DNA of 64,000 nucleotides from Minisyncoccota bacterium (GTDB lineage: Bacteria > Patescibacteriota > Minisyncoccia > Phycocordibacterales > UBA918): NCBI GenBank assembly GCA_041389025.1, contig JAWKSP010000001.1, positions 128,002-192,001 of the forward strand. The letters run 5' to 3'. How positions within the stretch are numbered: position 1 is the first letter of the stretch; every line of letters starts with the position of its first letter. Under the pieces are notes generated by a model. The model ran no database searches. It was not told the origin of the DNA and was given only the letters and a program-made list of their open reading frames with translations. This document shows positions 47,610 through 57,200 of the stretch, in pieces. Both the position numbers and the translations under genes were made by a program.

Positions 47610-48011
47610 TTAGATACCTCGATTTTGTTTTATTGGTCTATGTACATGTACACCACCTCCTACATAAGGATCATAATACTTTTCACACTCAAAGCATTTC
47701 CATCCACCTCTACTATTCCAACGTTGAAGATGTATATGTTTTTTTGAACCATCAAGACATTTTTGACAAAACGGCACATTATCTCCCTTCTTCCAATACA
47801 ACCCGTTCTTTAAGACAAAATCATGTTTAGTAGCAAGTTCCAACTTCAGAGCCTGATTTTCTTCTTTTAGAGCAATATTCTCATCTTTAATTGAAACAAT
47901 AAACTCACGCAAGCTTACTATCTTTTCTTGCAGATCAAGAGTTGCTGATTTTTTAACCAGCTCGGTGATACTTTCCAATATTGACTTTGCTTCTGAAAAA
48001 TTCAAATTCAT
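47610..48011 (-). CDS. Coiled-coil plus zinc-ribbon hypothetical protein
   Basis: Heptad region, then FCQKC...CFEC. Confidence 0.7.
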   Translation of the reverse strand: MNLNFSEAKSILESITELVKKSATLDLQEKIVSLREFIVSIKDENIALKEENQALKLELATKHDFVLKNGLYWKKGDNVPFCQKCLDGSKKHIHLQRWNSRGGWKCFECEKYYDPYVGGGVHVHRPIKQNRGI

Positions 48012-48055
48012 GTTTTTATATTTTACTATCTACATATATTTACCTCAACTTAACA

Positions 48056-48334
48056 CTACCACTTTAACCTTTCTTTCAACTCCAAAACCCTATCTGAAAG
48101 TAACAAAAAAATATCATTTTTAAATTCAGTATTACAACCAAAGGATTCAATAAAAATACCAGTGAGTTTTTCTGTGAAAATTACTTTTTCATTATCCTCC
48201 TTTAGCAAAGAGACTATTTTGATTACCTCATCATAATACTCATCACCCGGTGCCCCGCCTCCGATTAAGTTGACTGGATCTAATTCATTGACAATCTCGT
48301 GAATGTTTTTAAATACAATTTTATATAAATTCAT
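48056..48334 (-). CDS. DUF1871-like protein, possible orphan immunity
   Basis: ELDPVNLI..APGDEYYDE. Confidence 0.6.
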   Translation of the reverse strand: MNLYKIVFKNIHEIVNELDPVNLIGGGAPGDEYYDEVIKIVSLLKEDNEKVIFTEKLTGIFIESFGCNTEFKNDIFLLLSDRVLELKERLKW

Positions 48335-48348
48335 ACAACACAATTGAA

Positions 48349-48648
48349 TCAATCGCTTTCAAACTTTGCAAACTCATGCATTTTAATCTTTGTTAAAAAC
48401 TCAACAAGGTTGTCGATGTCCGATTTTGAATCTTTTGAAGAGATTTCATCCTTCAATCGTTTAAGTTCTTCAACAACAAAGGTAATTTGAATTTCATTGA
48501 AATATGTATCCTGATTAGGGTCTACACATCTCAAGAGTGGATATTTTGATAAATCACGTGCATCATTCCACATTTCTTCAATCAGGAAATCATACCTATT
48601 ACCTACTTCTAATCTGTTTTGGTTTTCATCTATTTTTACTAATTTCAT
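48349..48648 (-). CDS. Putative immunity protein
   Basis: Immediately after the orphan toxin tip; YPLLRCVDPNQDTYFN. Confidence 0.65.
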   Translation of the reverse strand: MKLVKIDENQNRLEVGNRYDFLIEEMWNDARDLSKYPLLRCVDPNQDTYFNEIQITFVVEELKRLKDEISSKDSKSDIDNLVEFLTKIKMHEFAKFESD

Positions 48649-48652
48649 ACGT

Positions 48653-49807
48653 TTATTTTTCTTTATTATTGTAACGAGGCTTGCCCGGATGCGCTGTAAC
48701 CAAATCACCATTTTTTCTTGTAACCACTGTTACAACATTAGTGCCTTTACCAGATACCGCATCATATCCTATAGAACGATCCAACTCTACAGATCTAACT
48801 ATATTTCCATTTTTCTGTAAGACACCCTTTTGTCCATTAACGCTTTTTATTAGACTTGTAATTTCATCGGCGTTATTAAAATAACTATCTTTACCAAGAC
48901 TAAACTCACTTCCACCTATAGTATGTCTATTTAATACATGATTTTTCCTACTCTGAGAAATACTTACATTCGAAGCAGTTCTTAATGAACCAGTAGTAAC
49001 ATTCTTCACAACCTTCCCGCCACTCATCGACATACCTACCACAAAAGCTTTCTCTCCCACAGAAGCATTTGGATCTGCTAAGGTAGCTACACTGTCTCCC
49101 ACACTGCTACTTAGTAAAGCGCTATTTGTTATCGCAATACTGGCCGCTATTATTTCAGGTGCATAAATAACCAATGGTGCGGCAGCAAACCAAAAGAACT
49201 CCCCACCCTCATCAACATACTTAATCGGATTATTCGCCGTATAACTATAAGTGTTTTGTGACTGTGGACTCTTTAGATAATAACCTAATTTATTGTTGGT
49301 TTTATCTTGGACTGTTTTCCAATCTCCTAGAGCTAACGACACCGGATCCTGAGAAGTGAAGCGACCAGTATCCCCTGACTGGTAGCGTGCACCCATATAG
49401 GAAAGACTAGTCTCCTCATCATAATCATGCCCTGTATACCTCTTAGTTTGATTGATTGTATCGTACTTATTATCTATCCTCGTACCACCATAAGGTTGGT
49501 AGTTTAGTAACTGATTTAAGTATCCGGTTTGATCGGTAACTTTGGTAGTAGAGTTTAAGTGATCTTGGTGGTTGTAGTATGTCTTGGGGGCTGGTGTATC
49601 TGCTTCTATGGTAGCGACTAGAGTATGGTTGGTGTAGATGTGTTTGGTAATGTTTCCATTCTTTAGTTCGTAGTTGGAGAATGGGTAGAGGGTGGTGTTG
49701 GTACCGGTGGTTTTGGAGACTCTTTGACCGGTGTGGTCGTAGGTGTATGAAGTGGTTATTCCTGCTTTTGTGGACTCAGTTAGTTCGTTGCGGTGGTTCC
49801 AGGTGTT
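48653..49807 (-). CDS. Orphan RHS core plus C-terminal toxin cassette (EndoU/BECR-like RNase candidate), 5'-truncated
   Basis: 49331-49804 is a 474-bp copy of 54859-55332 (3 substitutions); PIKYVDEGG junction; tip HVLNRH...GDLVTAHPG. Confidence 0.85.
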   Translation of the reverse strand, partial: NTWNHRNELTESTKAGITTSYTYDHTGQRVSKTTGTNTTLYPFSNYELKNGNITKHIYTNHTLVATIEADTPAPKTYYNHQDHLNSTTKVTDQTGYLNQLLNYQPYGGTRIDNKYDTINQTKRYTGHDYDEETSLSYMGARYQSGDTGRFTSQDPVSLALGDWKTVQDKTNNKLGYYLKSPQSQNTYSYTANNPIKYVDEGGEFFWFAAAPLVIYAPEIIAASIAITNSALLSSSVGDSVATLADPNASVGEKAFVVGMSMSGGKVVKNVTTGSLRTASNVSISQSRKNHVLNRHTIGGSEFSLGKDSYFNNADEITSLIKSVNGQKGVLQKNGNIVRSVELDRSIGYDAVSGKGTNVVTVVTRKNGDLVTAHPGKPRYNNKEK

Positions 49808-49809
49808 CC

Positions 49810-50433
49810 TTATTTTTTATCTAACACGCTCTCACATTCACCACCAACACCTATATAATTTAACTCATTATTATTTTCATTGTCAGAAATAAACCAATAT
49901 CTTATAAAACCAACAAAAAAACTTACAGACAATAACAAAATACTAACTATTAGATGAGGAATTCCAATAAAAATAATAAAATAATAATTAGTAATAAATG
50001 TTATAAAGAAAATAACGATCAAAATATCAGTTATTTTGTGAAAAAATACTGATTTATAATAATTTTCTTTGAGTATTCTATTTACTTCCATTTTATCTAA
50101 CGAAATAGTTGTATTTTTTGAAATAAAATTTATACGCTTTGTGGACAAAGTATAAGTAACTATCGCACCAAGCAAAAAAGGAAACACCCAAATCAAAAAA
50201 TATTTTACAGCTTCATCTTTAACAATAGGCATCAGAGTAAATAGTCCTGCAATAGTAATTAACACACCTTGTCTAAGAGTAAAATCAGATAGATATCTTT
50301 CAATACGAATATTTTCCTCAGCATAAGATACAGAGTCATTATCATCAATCAATTCACCTAATGCGTTTAAACTTAATACACCAACTTCATGTTGAAGCTT
50401 ATTTATCTTAATCATTAATTCTTCCTTGTTCAT
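49810..50433 (-). CDS. Hypothetical multi-pass membrane protein
   Basis: Four hydrophobic segments; very AT-rich. Confidence 0.65.
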   Translation of the reverse strand: MNKEELMIKINKLQHEVGVLSLNALGELIDDNDSVSYAEENIRIERYLSDFTLRQGVLITIAGLFTLMPIVKDEAVKYFLIWVFPFLLGAIVTYTLSTKRINFISKNTTISLDKMEVNRILKENYYKSVFFHKITDILIVIFFITFITNYYFIIFIGIPHLIVSILLLSVSFFVGFIRYWFISDNENNNELNYIGVGGECESVLDKK

Positions 50434-50483
50434 ACACCCAGGTTATACGTTTACATTATAATCTACAAAAATTATAGTTTATA

Positions 50484-50882
50484 TTATTTACCATAAACTA
50501 AAGTGTTGAATTTAGACCAAACACTATCTTGAGAACCATTTTCTATATGCTTCTGACACCATACGTAAGGGAATATCGTCTTTCCATTAGTCAATGTTAC
50601 AGGAAAAGTATCTTTGCCAAATTCTTGATGATCTCTAGACATGTCTATAAAAAAACCTTTTTTTTCAATAACTCTTGAGATATACATAGCCATTTCGAGA
50701 GCAATACCATTTAACCCTTCATTGTTGCCAGTTTGCATAAAATCATCATGGACAAGAGATAATATTTCATCAACATGTTTTATAGACTCTACTGAATAAT
50801 CAAGCTTATAGTCAAAATCTTTACCAATTTCAACAGCTAATTCCACTAACTTCTCTCTCATTTTTTGTAATTCTTTTTCCAT
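50484..50882 (-). CDS. Putative immunity protein
   Basis: LDYSVESIKHVDEIL...IFPYVW; directly after the toxin tip. Confidence 0.7.
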   Translation of the reverse strand: MEKELQKMREKLVELAVEIGKDFDYKLDYSVESIKHVDEILSLVHDDFMQTGNNEGLNGIALEMAMYISRVIEKKGFFIDMSRDHQEFGKDTFPVTLTNGKTIFPYVWCQKHIENGSQDSVWSKFNTLVYGK

Positions 50883-50887
50883 AATTA

Positions 50888-51947
50888 TTACTGGTTTAAT
50901 TCCTTTCTTGTTACTTTTGCACCTGTGTTATCTAGAGATTGTTGTAGTGGCTTTGATAATTTTGTAGTAGGTCTGGTAATTAATTCCATTGTGTAGCCGT
51001 TTTGTTTTGAGTATTCAGTAAAAGCACGTAGCTGAGCTGTATTTGATTGATACTTTACATTTTTTACTTCTTGCAACGTTTTTGTTTGATGATTCAAACC
51101 ATCAGGTATTCGTTGCTTACCATTTCCTTTAATCAAATCTGGTATCTTCTCTGTATTTTTTTGTATACCAGACACAACTTCACCTATAGACCCTTTTCTC
51201 CTTACGTCAGCCAACTTATCGGCAACATTTCCAACAACCTTCCCTCCCGCCTTCACTTCTCCCGCAGGACTAGCAAACAAAGCAACAGCGATAGCTTTGT
51301 CTCCCAAAGAAGCATTCGGGTCAGAAACAGTTTGTCCGGTAGTATATGCATCATAAGCTGTTAACCCAGCCATCACTGCAGCTATAGCTAACGGGATAAT
51401 GTTTCCGTTAGGATCTGAAATAATCATTGGATTATTTCTAGCGTAACTATAAGTATTAAACTGCTGAGGATCTCTAAGGAATACATCTAACGGTCGACTG
51501 TATGTATCTTCCCAACTTTGTGCACCTAGGTCAAGGTTAGCTTGGTCTTGACTGGTAAATCTGGCAGTCTGTCCATTTTCATAACGACTACCTAGATAGT
51601 TTAATCCAGTCTCTTCATCTTTGGTTTCACCTAGATACTGACGGTGTTGGTTTATGCTTCCATACTGTTCATCAATTCTAGTGTCTCCAAACGGTTGATA
51701 GCTTAGTAACTGATTAAGGTAACCATCTTTGTCGGTGACAGCATTGGTAGAGTTTAAGTGATCTTGGTGGTTGTAGTATGTCTTGGGGGCTGGTGTATCT
51801 GCTTCTATGGTAGCGACTAGAGTATGGTTGGTGTAGATGTGTTTGGTAATGTTTCCATTCTTTAGTTCATAGTTGGAGAATGGGTAGAGGGTGGTGTTGG
51901 TACCGGTGGTTTTGGAGACTCTTTGACCGGTGTGGTCATAGGTGTAT
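50888..51947 (-). CDS. Orphan RHS core plus restriction-endonuclease-fold toxin (Tox-REase-7-like), 5'-truncated
   Basis: 51747-51947 matches 55076-55276, followed by a diverged core end, PMIISDPNG, and tip G..GE..RIPDGL..LQEVKNV..QLR. Confidence 0.85.
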
Positions 51948-51957
51948 TTTACTTATA

Positions 51958-52398
51958 TTACTTAATATCGGTAACTGGCTTCACTTCAACATTTTTACCA
52001 GTAAACTCAGTGTTTACACGACGAGTAAGACGACTATCGTCAGTGAACACAACAATTTGCTCTGTCGGATCAAACAGTCTCTCAATCTTTTGGATAGTAA
52101 ACATATCCAATACAGTATGAATAGTGGCAAGAATAGAAATATCACCAAAGCCAGTCATGTTAAAAAATGATCTACCTCCATGGATATTAAGCATACGTTT
52201 ATAGTGATTTAAGTATAACACTTCGTCAAATTCATCAATAACAACAATCTCTGATATTCCTACCGGAATACTTTGACTATGAACAAGCTGTGCCAACTCA
52301 ACCTCTTCGATTACATCAGGCACTAAATAATAATCCTCAGTCAGAGAGATTTGTCTATCAAAAATATAAGAAACGCCATTTGTGTCAATTAAATTCAT
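51958..52398 (-). CDS. PIN-like domain protein
   Basis: LIDTN, VIEE, GDISILA, VFTDD acidic tetrad. Confidence 0.65.
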   Translation of the reverse strand: MNLIDTNGVSYIFDRQISLTEDYYLVPDVIEEVELAQLVHSQSIPVGISEIVVIDEFDEVLYLNHYKRMLNIHGGRSFFNMTGFGDISILATIHTVLDMFTIQKIERLFDPTEQIVVFTDDSRLTRRVNTEFTGKNVEVKPVTDIK

Positions 52399-53592
52399 AT
52401 ACCAAGTTCTTTTCGATACTTACGAAACCCTTTCTTATTTACAGCACCGAAAATCAAGTACTGTGCTTGTGTACTTGATAGAGTCTTTGAACGGATACCA
52501 GTATTTATTGTCTTAAATGATTTACTACCACAAAACTTTCTCACTGACGTAGAAATATTTGGTGACCTAGCATGATTTTTTGTCTTCTTAGATATAAATG
52601 GAGGAGGTTTTAAAGTTTCAAATTCTTTCTTAGTCAGAATTCCTCTCATACGAAGCGTAATAATGAGTGCCAATGGAGATACTTTAAACTTCAAAGCAAG
52701 TTGGTCTCTCTTTGTAGTAGTAACTTCTCGTCCACGTAGTTTTTCAGTCTCATTCACAGGCATAAGTAGTTCAGCTGTAATGGCGTGGATTCGTGCTGAC
52801 ATTTTTTGTGATTTCATAAGCTTTGCTTTGAAATTTTTCTCAAGTACATAGTCGTATTGATCAAGCCCAATTACCACCAAAAGATAAACAAGTGTGTAAA
52901 TCTGACGACTCTCAACTTCGTCAGGATTAACTTCACTCGGAAGAAAAACAAACGGAATTTTGTCATCTTTGATAGCAAAACCGCTAGTGTTTTTATACAC
53001 ATCATTACCAACCACTTGGTGATTAGGTAGAATCTTGTTTGTCAGTACACCACGAGAGACATTGACTGATTTTTTGATTAACTTTTTCAATCAGATATTC
53101 GAGAGCCGTTCCCTTTCCTGTATAATTCCAGAATTTATCTCGGTCTATTTCAAAGTGTGTCAGGATTTTATTGACTGCATTTTGCAGTCTTAGTCCCTTA
53201 AGTGAACCACAAAAAGGATTTAGTGGTAACGTACTAACTGAAGTGATGTAGTTCTGCTGACGAATAAGTCGATCAATGATGCGTTTAGAAGTAACATCGC
53301 CAGCACCTTTACGCTTCGCAACAAGCTTTCTTGACACCTTATGCTGACGCTGTGCCTCAATATGATTAATGGTGGTATTAAGATTAGCTGGTGTCAGGAG
53401 AAACATCTGCCACGGAATAAGAATTTTCTCGCTTTCCTCCCTAAGTTCGTACAGTTCTATGCTGCCAGTAGCGAACGCCTTTTGAAATACTGGTCTACTT
53501 ACTAGCTCCTCTTCTGGATACAGCTTAAGAACACGTTCGACAACGCCATCATAAATCTCTGTTGAACTTGTTCCATTAATAACAACCCACAT
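52395..53592 (-). pseudogene. ImmA/IrrE-like (peptidase M78-like) protein, frameshifted at an A6 run near 53072, HExxH absent
   Basis: SGFAIKDDKIPFVFL..ESRQIYTL..ITAELLMP..LALKFKVSPLALIITL. Confidence 0.65.
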
Positions 53593-53751
53593 ATGAGGTC
53601 TTCGTTTGATTTAAGTACTTGGCGTTTATTCGTCATAGCACACAATAAAACTAGCATAAGTAAACAAATTTTTACAGCCTGACTCAGACAATCACGGGGT
53701 TAGATCAAGAATTGTCTATTATCAGACCATAGAAAAGGAATTAATTGAAAG

Positions 53752-54219
53752 TTATCTGGTAGAATTCACTAACTTTGTAATTTTTAATTCAACTGAACCT
53801 GCCCCCATCATATTATCTTGAGGATACATCTTTAACTCAGAATTTTCATTTAAGTCATACTTAACTTCCTTAACAAACTTCATTGTTACGTCATCATAGT
53901 AAGATAAAAAAATCAAACCAGCCTCATCGTCTATTCTCATCAATGGCGGCATAGTCCATTTTTCTCTATCCCAGTTTTCAATCTTTTTAACCACTGACCA
54001 AGAATTCTCAATTAAACCTAAATCACCAAATTTTCCAACTAGAATTGCTTTTTCTGGTTCTAATTTACTTAAATCAGCGTCTGGTTGAAAAAAGTAACCA
54101 AAGATTTTACCTTTTCTATCCATTCTAGCTATAACCCCATATCCATTTCTTCCTGAATCATCACGAAGTGGAACACTAACTATGTCTCCTTCCGAATAAT
54201 TAATTTTTGCATCTTTCAT
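53752..54219 (-). CDS. Imm26-like immunity protein
   Basis: YSEGDIVSVPL..GVIAR..GYFF..FGDLGLI..W; directly downstream of the toxin gene. Confidence 0.78.
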   Translation of the reverse strand: MKDAKINYSEGDIVSVPLRDDSGRNGYGVIARMDRKGKIFGYFFQPDADLSKLEPEKAILVGKFGDLGLIENSWSVVKKIENWDREKWTMPPLMRIDDEAGLIFLSYYDDVTMKFVKEVKYDLNENSELKMYPQDNMMGAGSVELKITKLVNSTR

Positions 54220-54237
54220 ATAGCTAATATATCAGAT

Positions 54238-57200
54238 TTAATTAGCCGCGTCTTCGTATTCTTTCTTACGAGGATTCTGGTTACTAATCGGTTGCTGCTT
54301 GTTCAAGCCTCCATTTTCATATTTAGCCTCTGGATGTTGATCATAGATCTTTTGTTCTTGACCTCGTTGCGTTGCGTAATCATCTGTTCTTCTGTTAACC
54401 TCAAAATCATAATCTCTTGTTTCAGGATTTCGCGCATGTTCGTATTCACGTCTCTCAAGATTATTGGTTCTACCAGTTCTTACAACCTTTCCTGTTTCAC
54501 TGTCGATGAGTTTATATGTTCCACCCACAGCTTCAACAGCCTCATCACTATACTGAGCAACCCTCCTTAATGATCCAACTCCTACAACTCCAGGCACAAG
54601 TGCTCCACCAGCATCAAGAGCCAGGTTAGTTGCTTCACCCCTTACATCACCACCAGTCAGAATTGCTTCACCTAGTTTATAAGCACTGTAAGCCGTGAAT
54701 CCAACATCAACAACGATATCTAACCATTCTCCATTTTTATCTTGATATTTGAGTGGGTTGTTAGCTGTGTAACTATAAGTATTTTGGGCTTGTGGGTTTT
54801 TTAGATAGATATCTACTGTTGAATCCATTTTATCTCTCATCAGCCCAGGACTACCCAAAGCTAACGACACCGGATCCTGAGAAGTGAAGCGACCAGTATC
54901 CCCTGACTGGTAGCGTGCACCCATATAGGAAAGACTAGTCTCCTCATCATAATCATGCCCTGTATACCTCTTAGTTTGATTGATTGTATCGTACTTATTA
55001 TCTATCCTCGTACCACCATAAGGTTGGTAGTTTAGTAACTGATTTAAGTATCCGGTTTGATCGGTAACTTTGGTAGTAGAGTTTAAGTGATCTTGGTGGT
55101 TGTAGTATGTCTTGGGGGCTGGTGTATCTGCTTCTATGGTAGCGACTAGAGTATGGTTGGTGTAGATGTGTTTGGTAATGTTTCCATTCTTTAGTTCATA
55201 GTTGGAGAATGGGTAGAGGGTGGTGTTGGTACCGGTGGTTTTGGAGACTCTTTGACCGGTGTGGTCATAGGTGTATGAAGTGGTTATTCCTGCTTTTGTG
55301 GACTCAGTTAGTTCGTTGCGGTAGTTCCAGGTATTAGTAGTACTACCGTCTGTTAGGAGGTTACCGTTTTGGTCATAGGTGTGGGTGGTACCTCCGATGG
55401 CGGTGGCAGCGTGTGGGTTGGCGTAGTTGGTACCAGTGTCTCCTTGGTAGGAGTATGTTCCTTGATCTGATTTAGTAAGGATGTTTCCTATACTGTTGTA
55501 TGAGTAGGTTTCACTGTATGGGGTGGTGCTGGCGCCCGTGGTTGAGGCGGAAGTCAGGCGATATAGATCATCGTAGGTGTAGGTAATAGTACCAGCAGAG
55601 TCTGTCTCACTATTGTCTATTATTTGAGTAATGTTACCGACAGTGTCGTAGGTGTAGGTGAGATTTTGGACATTCTCAACAAAGATTGGAAGAGTTGGAG
55701 TGGTGGTACTGGTGGTAGTACCGGCCGCTAATGAGAAAGTAGCCGTCTCAGTACTCCACTCTCCTTCTGTGTCACTGTCATCCCAGAATTTTATACGCCA
55801 GTGGTAGGTGGTGCTGGAAGCTAGTGGTAAACCACCATATGTGATGTCGGCAGTTCTGTTTCCTGCTGTTACTTGACTGACTAGCGCAGTCTTTGTACTA
55901 TCCCAAATATTGTTGGTGAAAGCAGTTGAAGTTGATACTTGGAGTTGGTAATGAGTTGCCGTATCTCCTGTATCTGGGTCATTGTATATAGCTGTGAATT
56001 CTGGTGTGTTGTCGGTGATATCTGTCGGATTGGTTTGTCCTTCTGTTTCAAGAAGTGTTGGTGCAGTTGGGGTGGCGTTGGTTGGTGGTGGAGGTATATT
56101 TCCTGTTTCATAAGTTGCATATATTGAATGTAAGGCGTGACCAGCATCAGTACACGATGGACTGTTTGGTGCTAAAAAACTATTAGTATGGTCAAATATT
56201 TCATGTACACCATAAGCAAAATCTAGCTTAATATCAGGATAACCCTTAGACACTATGGTAAGAGCATAGTTTGTATTTGGATTAATTGACACAGGTATTT
56301 CAAAAACACTTTCCGTCCAAGCAAAATTTGTTGGAATATTTGCAGACACACCAACTCCATCAGACACAATTCCACAGGTATTTGTATCTATTACAACTCC
56401 TTTGAATTTATCATTGCTGTAATACTTTCTTGTAAAAAAATTTATACCAGTGACAGTAGTAGCGTCTGACGGACTAGTGTATACATTGCCAATCATCCAA
56501 TTATGTCCAACATAATCCGTATAGGCACCAACAGAAGTATTGCCAAAAGTCGGATCCACAACCACTGGATAAGTTGCTGTTTCTAAGAAGTTTTGTGGGA
56601 CAGTAACAGAGAGCATTCCCTCTTTATAATCTAATTCTCCCCATACCTCTTCACCATTGGCGTCTTTAATTTTTGGTCTATATATATGATAGACTTTTCC
56701 GGTAGCATAATTTATCTCTCCTTTTACATGATTCTTCTTAGTCTTGTGGTATACCGCATAACTACCAACTATATTTTCTGCTCGCTCCAGGGTTACTCTA
56801 CCACCCTCATCAATACACTTCGTTTCCGTACAAATCTCTCCTTCTCCAAACAACCCTTCAAGTGAAACTGGTTGATAAAAGAAATCAAGATCCTCATATC
56901 CATCAATTTCAAACTCAAATACATTGGTGTCCGGTTTTTCGTCCAAAATCACTTCGATTTCAAACCCTCCATCTTCCATTTGCTCAGTGGCAGGCAACGG
57001 ATAAGCATGTATTCTTTCTTTCTTGTCTTTGTCTTTCCATTCAACTACATCAGTTCCTAAAATATTTTCCCCTTGCCCTTTTACTTTGTTGTATCTAACA
57101 CCAAGATCAATTTCTCCTTTCCATTTGTGAAGACGTACCTCGGGATGGGTTTTCTTTAGAATAACTTTATCTTTGTTCTTATTATTTTGTATTAAAAATA

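Noticed and set aside
47299-55332. RHS repeats as a second DGR TR/VR set or a CRISPR array
   Set aside because: The few differences are not adenine-specific, and the repeats are long coding fragments without regular spacers.
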